Shown here: positions 47,095 to 55,969 of the stretch, one piece after another
Layout: each line of letters begins with the position of its first letter
Numbering within the stretch: position 1 is the first letter of the stretch
Program-made: the position numbers and the translations under genes
Virus record (IMG/VR): IMGVR_UViG_3300025840_000011
Length of the DNA stretch: 64,000 bases
Reading direction: 5' to 3' (one strand)
Source of the DNA: a virus
Notes under the pieces: generated by a model
Databases searched by the model: none
The model's input: the letters and a program-made list of their open reading frames with translations, nothing else
What the model was told of the DNA's origin: nothing

Positions 47095-47943
47095 ATGGCA
47101 CAATACTCAGTAAACAGAAACACACATCACAACACATCAAACAGTGACTTACATGAAATCATGTTGTTGGCTGATCAGGACGGCAACATTATCAATACGT
47201 TTGGTGTTGCATCGAATATTCCTATTGCAGGTGGACTCGTTGATGGGTATAGTGCAATACATAAGTTTGGTAGAAATCCAAATGTAGGAAACATACCAGA
47301 AACTATTTGGATGCACGGAGGACTTTATAGTTATCTTGATGTTGGTTCTGATAGTACAATTTATGCATATAGCGCAAGCTCTGACGATGGTCCTGGCAAT
47401 CCTGGTGCTCACACGATTACTGTTCAAGGTTTAGATAATGATTTCAATCTAATTGAAGAAACGATTACTGTAAATGGTGCAGCTTCTACTGCTTCATTCC
47501 TAAGAGTTTATAGAGCATTTGTTGCGACTGCTGGGGCGTTAAGGGCAAATGATGGTAATGTTCTTATATCCACCGCCGCGGCTGGAGGTGGTACAGTTCT
47601 TGCTGATATTGGCGTTATTGGTACAGGAACAACTACTGGTTTGGGTCAAACTCAACTTGCACTTTATACAATACCAGCTGGAAAAACTGGTTATCTCACT
47701 ACTTGGAACATCGGTGTAGCACCAATGAATAATGCTGTCACAGTGACTTTAAAAGCAAGAGAACTAGATGGTGATGCACCATTTAGATCAAAGGATATTG
47801 TTGATATCGTAGGTGGATATACTACTCAGAATTATTCAATTCCCTTGCGTTTTCCAGAAAAAACTGATATTGAAGTGAGAGGAACTGGTGACACTGGTTC
47901 AGTTATTTCATCTTCTTTTGATGTTATACTAGTAGATAACTAA
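47095..47943 (+). CDS. Hypothetical beta-rich protein, probably structural
   Basis: HKFGRNP.VG..ETIW, GQTQLALYTIPAGKTGYL, EKTDIEVR; A/T-ending codons. Confidence 0.7.
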   Translation: MAQYSVNRNTHHNTSNSDLHEIMLLADQDGNIINTFGVASNIPIAGGLVDGYSAIHKFGRNPNVGNIPETIWMHGGLYSYLDVGSDSTIYAYSASSDDGPGNPGAHTITVQGLDNDFNLIEETITVNGAASTASFLRVYRAFVATAGALRANDGNVLISTAAAGGGTVLADIGVIGTGTTTGLGQTQLALYTIPAGKTGYLTTWNIGVAPMNNAVTVTLKARELDGDAPFRSKDIVDIVGGYTTQNYSIPLRFPEKTDIEVRGTGDTGSVISSSFDVILVDN

Positions 47944-48006
47944 ATGTTATATGCATATAGCCAAACAATCCTTTACTTTTGTGTTCAGATATAGTACAAT
48001 GCGCGT

Positions 48007-49242
48007 ATGAAATCGTTTATGACACATCAAATGCTCTCTGAGGCGAAGAACACTCACATGACTCACATCGAGGATAAAGTCCTCTATGGGGGAGTTGAGG
48101 GAACTCGTCAGGCGATCAACGCACTTCGTTCCCTGCGCGATATGCTTGCTGGCAAACATAAGGGCGATATCTCCGTCAAGTGGGACGGTGCTCCTGCTAT
48201 CTTCGCAGGCATTGATCCTCGGGACGGTAAGTTCTTCGTGGCGAAGAAGGGTATCTTCAACAAAAACCCCAAAGTATACAAGACGAAAGCAGATGTAGAC
48301 GCTGACACTTCCGGTGACTTGAATGTAAAACTCAACGCTGCACTTGAGGAACTCCCTGCTCTTGGCATCAAGGGTGTCATACAGGGCGACTTCTTGTTTG
48401 GTCCTGGAGATGTAGCGACCAAGAATATTGGTGGCGATGCTTATGTTACGTTCCACCCCAACACGATCGTGTATGCCTTGCCTACTGGTAGTGCTGCGGC
48501 GAAAGAAGTGAAGACTGCTCGTATCGGTATTGTATGGCATACAACATACACTGGTGATACGTTTGAAAGTATGCGAGCATCATTCGGCGTCAACGTTGGT
48601 GCTCTGAAGAACAGTCGTAAGGTTTGGAGTCAAGATGCTATGCTTCGTGACGTGACGACTGCTACTTTGACTGCTGCCAAAACTAAAGAAGTGACCGAAT
48701 ACCTTTCAACTGCTGGTAAAATATTCCAGAAGATTGCTGGCAGCACCCTTCGGCAACTTGAGGCGAACCAAGAACTCGCTCAGTTGATTGAACAGTTTAA
48801 CAACACGTTCGTCCGTAAGGGTATGGTGATACAAGACTCGCGGCGACACGTGATTGCACTACAACGTTGGTTGCGCACGAAGTACAAAGCAGAGATGGAT
48901 AAGCGATCCACGGAGCGTGGTAAGAAGGCACAAAAAGAAAAACTCAACAAAATTATGGCGTTCTTCTCGAAGCAAAACACCGCATCATTAATCGCTATGT
49001 TCGAATTGCAAAAGAATATTGTATTGGCGAAACTGATCCTTATAAATAAACTCAATGCCCTTGCGAATATAAGCACTTTTGTTAAAACGCGGAAGGGTTA
49101 CAAGGTAACAGGTCAAGAAGGATTTGTTGCTATCGACAAACTTGGTGGTGATGCGGTGAAGTTAGTTGATCGTATGGAATTTTCATATAACAACTTTTCA
49201 CCAGATATATTAAAAGGATGGGATAAACCTAGTAGGAATTAA
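48007..49242 (+). CDS. Ligase/capping-enzyme-superfamily nucleotidyltransferase-like protein (DUF6267-like)
   Basis: SVKWDG (motif I KxDG), IQGDF (III), EGFVAI (IV), VKLV (V). Confidence 0.6.
   Translation: MKSFMTHQMLSEAKNTHMTHIEDKVLYGGVEGTRQAINALRSLRDMLAGKHKGDISVKWDGAPAIFAGIDPRDGKFFVAKKGIFNKNPKVYKTKADVDADTSGDLNVKLNAALEELPALGIKGVIQGDFLFGPGDVATKNIGGDAYVTFHPNTIVYALPTGSAAAKEVKTARIGIVWHTTYTGDTFESMRASFGVNVGALKNSRKVWSQDAMLRDVTTATLTAAKTKEVTEYLSTAGKIFQKIAGSTLRQLEANQELAQLIEQFNNTFVRKGMVIQDSRRHVIALQRWLRTKYKAEMDKRSTERGKKAQKEKLNKIMAFFSKQNTASLIAMFELQKNIVLAKLILINKLNALANISTFVKTRKGYKVTGQEGFVAIDKLGGDAVKLVDRMEFSYNNFSPDILKGWDKPSRN
49041..49048 (+). promoter_or_regulatory. T4-type late promoter (intragenic)
   Basis: TATAAATA. 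Confidence 0.55.
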
Positions 49243-49244
49243 AC

Positions 49245-49739
49245 GTGCCTAAACCACTTTCATTTAAAGATTTTCTCGTGGTCGACTATGCTCCAGGAAT
49301 GGGTGAGTATATCAACTATCAAGCGGCCAAACGCAAAAAGCAGCAAGGTGCTGGCAGCAATGCCGAGTATGCTTCTTACCAACCTGAAGGTGAGAAGATA
49401 GAAGAAGCACTGACTCATGCTCAGCGTATTAAGAAACGTCAGATGATGAAGAAGATGAAGGGACGTATTAAAATTGGAAGACTTCGTGCACTAAAAAGAA
49501 CTCCAACAATGGACGTTATCAAGAGACGTGCAAAGAAGAAAGCGAGATTGCTCATGCTCAAGAAATTGACTAGGGGCAAGTCGAAGCAAGATATGAGTTT
49601 CGCTATGCGCCAGTCATACGAAAAGAAACTTGACAAGATGAAACCTCGCTTAGATCGTATTGCCAGAAGGTTAATCCCCGACGTTAGAAAAGCAGATCGT
49701 GAGAGAAAGAAGGCAGCATCTGCTGCTAAAAATAAATAA
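49245..49739 (+). CDS. Highly basic protein, probable internal head protein
   Basis: LSFKDFL N-terminus, IEEAL followed by a K/R-rich helix. Confidence 0.7.
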   Translation: MPKPLSFKDFLVVDYAPGMGEYINYQAAKRKKQQGAGSNAEYASYQPEGEKIEEALTHAQRIKKRQMMKKMKGRIKIGRLRALKRTPTMDVIKRRAKKKARLLMLKKLTRGKSKQDMSFAMRQSYEKKLDKMKPRLDRIARRLIPDVRKADRERKKAASAAKNK

Positions 49740-49759
49740 TGTAGTCGTAGGGAGACGAC

Positions 49760-50887
49760 ATGATTAAGTCGTTTAATGACTATCTGGTAGAAGAAGCAAA
49801 GGTCGCTTATTTTACCTTCGGTCGTATGAATCCTCCAACCTCTGGTCATCAGAAGTTGTTAGACATGCTCGCAAAAAATGCGGGCAAAAATCCTTATTTC
49901 GTTTTCCTATCTCAGTCACAAGACGCCAAGAAAAATCCACTCGACTACAGCGCGAAGGTAAAGCATGTTCGTAAGATGTTTCCTCGTCACGCTCGTCGAG
50001 TTTTGATCAACAAGAAAGTCCGCACTGCCTTTGATGCAGCATCATACCTGTATGAGCAAGGTTTTAAAAACTTGGTCATGGTTGTTGGTTCTGACCGTGT
50101 TCGAGAGTTTACGACATTGCTAGAAAAGTATAATGGTGTGAAGGGTAAGCATGGATTTTACAACTTCAAAAACATCCAAGTAGTTTCTGCTGGAGCACGC
50201 GATCCTGACGCCGAAGGTGTAGAGGGTATGTCTGCTTCTAAACTCCGTGCGTTCGCAGCGGATAATGACTTCGCAGGTTTCTCTCAGGGTCTAGGATCTA
50301 TGAGTAACAAAGACGCGAAGAAGTTGTTTGTTGATGTACGCAACGGTATGGGCATCAAAGAAGAAACTGTGTTCAAACGCCACGTAGAACTTGACCCTGT
50401 GTCGGAGACTCGTGAGAAGTTTGTAAAGGGTGAGTTGTTTGAAGTTGGTGATCAGGTTGTAGTAAAAGAATCTGAAGAAGTTGGCACCATCACTCATCTA
50501 GGCAGCAACTATGTTATCGTCCAACTGGGCGAGGATAAAGTTGTGCGCAAATGGTTAGACGCCATTGAAAAGTTAGATGAATATGTGTCCAGCGCAGAGT
50601 TTGTTCCGTCACCCACTGGTGGCAAGAAATATGCGACACTCAACATGCGCGAAGAACCTAAAACTCCTCAAGACCCTGACATTAAAGATCGCAAGGGTTC
50701 CCAACCAAAAGCATACCATAAAGGTTTAAGCAAGTCGATGAAACGTCGTCGTGATGCTCAATTTAAGAAGCAGACTAAAATGTCAGACTCAGATCCAAAG
50801 GCATACAAACCTGCTCCTGGCGACAAAACAACTAAAACTAAACCGTCAAAATACACGAAAGCGTTTTCTAAGATGTACGGCGACTAA
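49760..50887 (+). CDS. HxGH-class cytidylyl/nucleotidyltransferase-like protein with basic C-terminal extension
   Basis: FTFGRMNPPTSGH, KNPL, VVGSDR, SAGARDPD, MSASKLR. Confidence 0.8.
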   Translation: MIKSFNDYLVEEAKVAYFTFGRMNPPTSGHQKLLDMLAKNAGKNPYFVFLSQSQDAKKNPLDYSAKVKHVRKMFPRHARRVLINKKVRTAFDAASYLYEQGFKNLVMVVGSDRVREFTTLLEKYNGVKGKHGFYNFKNIQVVSAGARDPDAEGVEGMSASKLRAFAADNDFAGFSQGLGSMSNKDAKKLFVDVRNGMGIKEETVFKRHVELDPVSETREKFVKGELFEVGDQVVVKESEEVGTITHLGSNYVIVQLGEDKVVRKWLDAIEKLDEYVSSAEFVPSPTGGKKYATLNMREEPKTPQDPDIKDRKGSQPKAYHKGLSKSMKRRRDAQFKKQTKMSDSDPKAYKPAPGDKTTKTKPSKYTKAFSKMYGD

Positions 50888-50890
50888 ATA
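50883..50890 (+). promoter_or_regulatory. Late-promoter variant ACTAAATA upstream of cassette B
   Basis: Same octamer as upstream of cassette A. Confidence 0.5.
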
Positions 50891-51011
50891 TTCGTGGTCT
50901 CCGTTATGTGCTTGACCTGACGTTCCTGTTTTATTTCCTTTTGTAATTACGAATAATACTATGCAAATCTGATTTGATTTGTTGGACAAAACTACATTAG
51001 GAAATGGTAAA

Positions 51012-51617
51012 ATGGATAAACTGGACGCAAGTCTATGGCGCATTATCTGTGCCGCCATATTAGTAGTAACATTAGCAGTTGTTGCATCAGAGGCGATATC
51101 GCAAGATGAAAACCAACCGCTTGATGATGTTATTAGAACCGAGTCGGTCACTAACAGTACAGTGACTACGAACGGCAACACAACCACAACACTGAAGTCT
51201 CCACCTGCTTCAGCAATCACTCCTACTATAAACACTTCCAACTCCGACCTCTGTACGTTCGGAGTTGCTGGTGCAGTACAAACGCAGATTCTTGGTATCT
51301 CTACTGGTACACAGTTTACTGATGAAAACTGTGAACGTCTCAAGAACGCAAAGACCTTGTACGATATGGGTATGAAAGTTGCAGCAGTATCAATGATGTG
51401 TCAGGATGAAAGAGTGTTTAAGGCAATGATGAATGCTGGAACACCTTGTCCTTATGACGGACTTATTGGTGATCAGGCAAGAGCAGCGTGGTTAGCAGAA
51501 GGTAACACAGTAGAAGAAAACGTAAAACCAGAGGAAGGATTGGATGAAACGGATAAGACTGTCGCAGCTGCTAGTGGCGGCATTGCTAGTTTGCTTGCCC
51601 TCTTACTCTTACTCTGA
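51012..51617 (+). CDS. Cassette B gene 1 (paralog of 36910..37485)
   Basis: Core differs at 6 of 91 aa from copy A by manual alignment; tail SGGIASLLALLLLL. Confidence 0.8.
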   Translation: MDKLDASLWRIICAAILVVTLAVVASEAISQDENQPLDDVIRTESVTNSTVTTNGNTTTTLKSPPASAITPTINTSNSDLCTFGVAGAVQTQILGISTGTQFTDENCERLKNAKTLYDMGMKVAAVSMMCQDERVFKAMMNAGTPCPYDGLIGDQARAAWLAEGNTVEENVKPEEGLDETDKTVAAASGGIASLLALLLLL

Positions 51618-52428
51618 GCAAGTATTCGGCACCACAACCAATGCGGCGAGTTCTGGATATAACTGGGTTATGTCCAATGTCTTGCCTCAGGCGACAGGGT
51701 TGACTGTCAGTAATGTGATATACAGATACACTACAGTGAAAGATCCTGATGATCCTATGTTGGTGCACGTTTCTAACGAAAATCCTATAGACGGTGGATA
51801 TACATTTAGAAGTACTGATGACTGGACTGGAATACCAGGAAATACAATAAACAGAGTTATACCGATATCGCAAATACCTATCGAGTATTGGGGGGATGGA
51901 AGTATTGAGTGGGAAGGCAAAGGGAGAGTTGATGACCCTTTTGTGGTATACACTTATCAATATGACACCTGCTATGATCCACAAGCAGATCCGGATTGCC
52001 CAGGATACAAACCCGAGATACCTGATATACCACCCGTCCCAGATGTTGCTGATCCTCTTAATGACCAGTTTGTACAAGATGAGTTAGATCGCGAAATGAT
52101 GCTTCGCGATGAAGACGAAGAAGAAAAACAAAGAGCAAAACTTGCAGATGCTGAAGAGGAAGAAGAAGACGTAGACCTAGAAACTGTGCTGGGTATAGTT
52201 GGGCGTTCGCTACAAGGCGCAGAGGATACTGCTAAGCACAATCAGGTCATGGCGTTAAGTCAGTTTTCTCAACAATATTTCCAACAGTTGCCTGATGGTG
52301 TTATAGAGGACACTGTTGTGTTAAAAGATTCTAGACTCCCGAGGAATAATCGGGGTCGTAGACTACAGTTTGCGCAAGACTTACTTCATGATAAATTAGT
52401 AAAATCTCAATATAGAGGAGAACAGTAA
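51544..52428 (+). CDS. Cassette B gene 2 (paralog of 37418..38314)
   Basis: VFGTT.NAA, WVM.NVLPQ.TGLTV, FRS.DDW.G.PG, YQYD.C, FAQD.LH. Confidence 0.8.
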   Translation: MKRIRLSQLLVAALLVCLPSYSYSEQVFGTTTNAASSGYNWVMSNVLPQATGLTVSNVIYRYTTVKDPDDPMLVHVSNENPIDGGYTFRSTDDWTGIPGNTINRVIPISQIPIEYWGDGSIEWEGKGRVDDPFVVYTYQYDTCYDPQADPDCPGYKPEIPDIPPVPDVADPLNDQFVQDELDREMMLRDEDEEEKQRAKLADAEEEEEDVDLETVLGIVGRSLQGAEDTAKHNQVMALSQFSQQYFQQLPDGVIEDTVVLKDSRLPRNNRGRRLQFAQDLLHDKLVKSQYRGEQ

Positions 52429-52925
52429 TGTTCAAAAAGACGTTGGCATTGTGTGTATCGCTCGCAGCGATGAATGCATATGCTGTAGACACACCGATCA
52501 TTGGGCAGGTAGAGTCTAAGTGTGTGGTGACAACTGATAAGCAGGGTGTTTATGGAAACCCGAGTGCTAGCATTCTCAGTACTGATGCAGCAGACGGTGG
52601 AGTAGAACCTGTTGTGCGATTCGATGTTGTCCTCGCTGAAGCATACAAGGCAGTGATTGCTCATCCGATTTCATTCTCACAAAGTCCACAGTTGAACGAC
52701 GTTGTCAACTGGACTGGATCAACTTCTGTAGAAGCAGTCTCTGACGCTGGTATGTCAGCATACGACACTTCTAAAGTTGAATACGATAATGTGACAGAAG
52801 TCGATCTTGATATCGCTGGCAGCACTTGGTTCAAGGTAAGTTCTGAAGCAGATTACGGTTTTAATAAGGCACTCCCAGGAGGCACTTATACTGCAATCGT
52901 AGAAGCGAACTGCATAGCACTATAA
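52428..52925 (+). CDS. Cassette B gene 3: pilin-like (paralog of 38328..38831)
   Basis: SKCVVTTD..GV.GNP, DGGVEP, AGSTWFKVSSEADYGF.KALP.G.Y, CIA. Confidence 0.7.
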   Translation: MFKKTLALCVSLAAMNAYAVDTPIIGQVESKCVVTTDKQGVYGNPSASILSTDAADGGVEPVVRFDVVLAEAYKAVIAHPISFSQSPQLNDVVNWTGSTSVEAVSDAGMSAYDTSKVEYDNVTEVDLDIAGSTWFKVSSEADYGFNKALPGGTYTAIVEANCIAL

Positions 52926-52928
52926 ACT

Positions 52929-53303
52929 ATGCGCTTCGTTATGGCGGTAATCGGGTGTCTGCTGTGTGCGCAAGTTTATGCTCACCAGTGGACGCCCACA
53001 TATCCCAAGGTAACTGGTTCATTTGTTCCTGGGATCTATCAAGCAAAGATGTACTTGTGGAATAGTCGAAAGGATGTTTCATATTATACATTTGAAGTGT
53101 TTGATGAAGATTTTCTACCTGTACCATTCGCAACAGCAGATAGGACGGTACAGTTAGATTATTTGAAAAAGAAAGAAGTGGTAATTTATTTTAGAGAGGC
53201 AGACTACCTTCGTTCAGTTTATATTTGTAGTCGGTCTATGATTTTACAGGGGGACGTAAGTAGAACGGTTGTGTCCTCGAGGATATGTTCGAAAATACGA
53301 TGA
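52929..53303 (+). CDS. Cassette B gene 4: chaperone-like (paralog of 38832..39209)
   Basis: AH.WTPTYPK, FAT, YIC, VSSRICS. Confidence 0.65.
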   Translation: MRFVMAVIGCLLCAQVYAHQWTPTYPKVTGSFVPGIYQAKMYLWNSRKDVSYYTFEVFDEDFLPVPFATADRTVQLDYLKKKEVVIYFREADYLRSVYICSRSMILQGDVSRTVVSSRICSKIR

Positions 53304-53782
53304 AAAGATTATTGTTGTTTTTATTTTTAGTTTCTGGTTCGGCATATGGACAGAGCAACGGGATAAACCTTGCGATACCGCAAAGTCCCCAGTCCTTCCA
53401 ATCAGATAGAGTTAGAGCAGGTGACGTCGAATGCTCAGCGGCGATCGGGTCATCTACAAACGTAGAGTTTGGGGTTGTTGGTATATTAAACCAAGAAGAT
53501 CCAATTTACAACCTTGCTTCGCAAGATCCATATATGATGAACCGATATAATACAGGTGAGTTCTTGCGAGACATTGGTGTGTATGGGAAGATTACTATCC
53601 CTATCGGCGCACCTAAGCAAAGGTTGAATTGTAATGCGTTATATCAGTTAGAGTTAGAAAAGAAGCGATTGGAAGTTATGAAACTACAGCAGGAAATAGT
53701 AAACCTGCGTCAGTTAAAGTTTGAAGGGTCTGGAATACCGACAGCACCGAACTTGATGGCAGGACCACCAAGAGAGGAATAA
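53300..53782 (+). CDS. Cassette B gene 5 (paralog of 39206..39703)
   Basis: SPQSFQ.DRVRAGD.ECSAAIGS, EFGVVGILNQ, IPIGAPK, LELEKKRLEV. Confidence 0.8.
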   Translation: MKRLLLFLFLVSGSAYGQSNGINLAIPQSPQSFQSDRVRAGDVECSAAIGSSTNVEFGVVGILNQEDPIYNLASQDPYMMNRYNTGEFLRDIGVYGKITIPIGAPKQRLNCNALYQLELEKKRLEVMKLQQEIVNLRQLKFEGSGIPTAPNLMAGPPREE

Positions 53783-53783
53783 A

Positions 53784-54245
53784 ATGATAGAAGTAGCAGC
53801 AGCGTTGTCAATGGCAGGCTCTGCTTTTAAAATGCTAAAAGGGGCAATTGAACAGGGACGTGAAGTACAAGATATGTACGCGCAGTTTGCTCAGTTTTTT
53901 GACGCGAAGGAATCGCTCGCAGAGGCAGATCAACATGCAAAGAATCCATCGATGGTGGGTTCACTTTTTGGTGGCAGCAGTGTTGAAGCGCAGGCACTAC
54001 AGGTTACTGCTGCTCGTCATAAAATTAAACAACTAGAAAAAGAGTTGTACGAATATTTGTTGTACACTGGTCAACAACAATTCTACGATGATATGATGAA
54101 AGAAAGGCGAGTTATTCGTCAGCGTAGAATAGAGGCAGCACAAGCAGCTGCTCGGAAAAAAGCAAACATAATAGACGGCATCGCAATAGTTTTGTTTTTA
54201 TGTTTTTCTGGTGCTATGATTGCCGGATTCGTGAGTGTCTTATGA
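53784..54245 (+). CDS. Cassette B gene 6 (paralog of 39744..40211)
   Basis: Shared motifs and C-terminal TM. Confidence 0.8.
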   Translation: MIEVAAALSMAGSAFKMLKGAIEQGREVQDMYAQFAQFFDAKESLAEADQHAKNPSMVGSLFGGSSVEAQALQVTAARHKIKQLEKELYEYLLYTGQQQFYDDMMKERRVIRQRRIEAAQAAARKKANIIDGIAIVLFLCFSGAMIAGFVSVL

Positions 54246-54376
54246 TAAAGACTGAGATCACACAGAATGGCATCAGATATATTGTATATGATAATAATGA
54301 TCGTATCGTCGTTATTACGTCTGATAGAAAACTCGCTCAAAAATTATGGGAGAAGAAAAGGGATGCGCAGAGGTAA
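54242..54376 (+). CDS. Small hypothetical protein (44 aa), cassette B only
   Basis: MIKTEITQNGIRYIVYDNNDRIVVITSDRKLAQKLWEKKRDAQR; ATGA overlap. Confidence 0.5.
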   Translation: MIKTEITQNGIRYIVYDNNDRIVVITSDRKLAQKLWEKKRDAQR

Positions 54377-54551
54377 GAAAACTGATATAATTGATTATAT
54401 CGACATTCGTATTTCACAACTCGCTTCTGATATGCACAAAGCGAAAGACGAATACGACAAGCAATGGTATAATCGTATCATTCAAGAACTCAGTTGGGCA
54501 AGGTCGCAAGATCACAACTGTTACATGGGAGAAAACAATGGCGGAGTTTGA
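54363..54551 (+). CDS. Small hypothetical protein (62 aa), cassette B only
   Basis: MRRGKK...YIDIRISQL...WYNRIIQELSW...NCYM. Confidence 0.6.
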   Translation: MRRGKKTDIIDYIDIRISQLASDMHKAKDEYDKQWYNRIIQELSWARSQDHNCYMGENNGGV

Positions 54552-55017
54552 ATTCGCTGGCATGACGTTCCGTGGTGGTAAGATAGTGGTGCTGATCACT
54601 GCTCTATCTACACTCGGCGGTGGCGCATGGGGTGCGTTTGAATTTTATAACGACTACCGTAACATGAAAGCACAGATAACAAGTTACGTTGCTCCTGATC
54701 TTTCTCATATTGATCAAGAGTTGGCAGTACAGAAAGAAACTATGGCATCTGTAGAGGCGAGTTTATCTGCCCTCGCTCTAAAGATTGATGCCTTGAAATC
54801 AGATTTGAGTAATGACATGGATAAGGTTGAAGCACTTGCTCGTCGCGTAGACGATTCAACTGCAACTACCCAACGCGAATTACGAGATGACGTTTATGAG
54901 ATTGAGATTCGAGTAAACGAAAGGATGAGGACTTTGGATAAAGACCTGCGAGATGCGCGCAAAGATCTCGAAGAGAAGATTCAGATTATCCTCGACAATC
55001 CACTCAATAATCCGTAG
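54538..55017 (+). CDS. Cassette B gene 7 (paralog of 40221..40700)
   Basis: MAEFEFAGMTFRGG...LDNPL. Confidence 0.8.
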   Translation: MAEFEFAGMTFRGGKIVVLITALSTLGGGAWGAFEFYNDYRNMKAQITSYVAPDLSHIDQELAVQKETMASVEASLSALALKIDALKSDLSNDMDKVEALARRVDDSTATTQRELRDDVYEIEIRVNERMRTLDKDLRDARKDLEEKIQIILDNPLNNP

Positions 55018-55025
55018 GAGGGGGC

Positions 55026-55319
55026 ATGGAACCTGAAAAGAAAATAGTACAACTAGAACTTGAAGTTGATACTACCATGGTTGATAGTAGCAAGAATCCA
55101 TATCAAAACTGGATACACTTGGCACGAGCAGTAGATTCATGGCGAATCTTTCCTCGTTTGTTTTTATCAGTATACATATTCCTACTGTATAAAACGGTGC
55201 TCTGGTATATGGATCTAGCAGAACCAAGTATGGAGCAGTCTGGTTTAATATCAGTCATCGTAGGTGCAGGTGCAGCGTGGTTTGGTTTGTACGCTGGAAC
55301 GCACAAAGAAAATAAGTAA
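55026..55319 (+). CDS. Two-TM membrane protein, holin-like candidate
   Basis: VDSWRIFPRLF + TM, EQSGLISVIVGAGAAWFGLY. Confidence 0.55.
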   Translation: MEPEKKIVQLELEVDTTMVDSSKNPYQNWIHLARAVDSWRIFPRLFLSVYIFLLYKTVLWYMDLAEPSMEQSGLISVIVGAGAAWFGLYAGTHKENK

Positions 55320-55339
55320 AAATCTAAACTCCTCTGCGA

Positions 55340-55347
55340 TATAAATA
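55340..55347 (+). promoter_or_regulatory. T4-type late promoter
   Basis: TATAAATA. Confidence 0.75.
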
Positions 55348-55378
55348 ACAGTACTATAACCTAAACTGGTACTGTCAG

Positions 55379-55612
55379 ATGAAATTTTCAGACTATATCG
55401 CAGAGGACGTCTCCAAAGGTCTCGCTAAGAAAGCAGACAAATCAGGCATCTCCGTCGGCACGCTGCGAAAAGTTTATAATCGCGGTGTCGCCGCATGGAA
55501 GACAGGTCACCGACCAGGAACCACTCCTTCTCAGTGGGGCATGGCAAGAGTAAACGCATTCATTGTTAAAAAGAAAAAAGGTGGATTGAATCACGACAAG
55601 GATCTTGCGTGA
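55379..55612 (+). CDS. Basic protein with capsid-targeting-like N-terminus
   Basis: MKFSDYIAE; KVYNRGVAAWKTGHRPG.TPSQWGMARVNAF. Confidence 0.75.
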   Translation: MKFSDYIAEDVSKGLAKKADKSGISVGTLRKVYNRGVAAWKTGHRPGTTPSQWGMARVNAFIVKKKKGGLNHDKDLA

Positions 55613-55968
55613 AAGGTTACAATCCACAAAAACAAGAGTGGGGCACAGATGCTTCCGATAAACGCGCAAGGAAGATAACTCCGAACGAAGGGAAAAATAA
55701 AATGTTGCGGTTTAAACAGTTTTCTGAAGCAGAGTATCAAGGTAGGAAAGTTACTCTGAATAAACCAATGGCGGGTGACGTCAAGAAGTCCAAGGTCTAT
55801 GTAAAAGATCCGACGACTGGTAACGTCAAGAAAGTAAACTTCGGAGATAAGAACATGAAGATTAAGAAGAATATTCCTGGTCGTCGAAAGTCTTTCCGTG
55901 CTCGTCATAATTGTGACAGTCCAGGACCAAAGACTAAGGCACGTTACTGGTCTTGTAAGGCTTGGTAA
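55609..55968 (+). CDS. Basic protein (RRKSFRARHNC...YWSC family)
   Basis: KKVNFGD, RRKSFRARHNC, ARYWSCKAW; internal MLRFKQFSEAE. Confidence 0.75.
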   Translation: MKGYNPQKQEWGTDASDKRARKITPNEGKNKMLRFKQFSEAEYQGRKVTLNKPMAGDVKKSKVYVKDPTTGNVKKVNFGDKNMKIKKNIPGRRKSFRARHNCDSPGPKTKARYWSCKAW

Positions 55969-55969
55969 A

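Noticed and set aside
47947-48540. 197-aa minus-strand ORF, and similar ones at 33405..33953, 50846..51343 and 51586..52077
   Set aside because: They largely or entirely overlap better-supported plus-strand genes and have no recognisable features
36910-55017. Cassette duplication as an exact assembly repeat or terminal redundancy
   Set aside because: The copies differ extensively at synonymous sites, signal peptides and linkers, and copy B has two extra ORFs. A chimera of two related phages is still possible and is listed as a finding.
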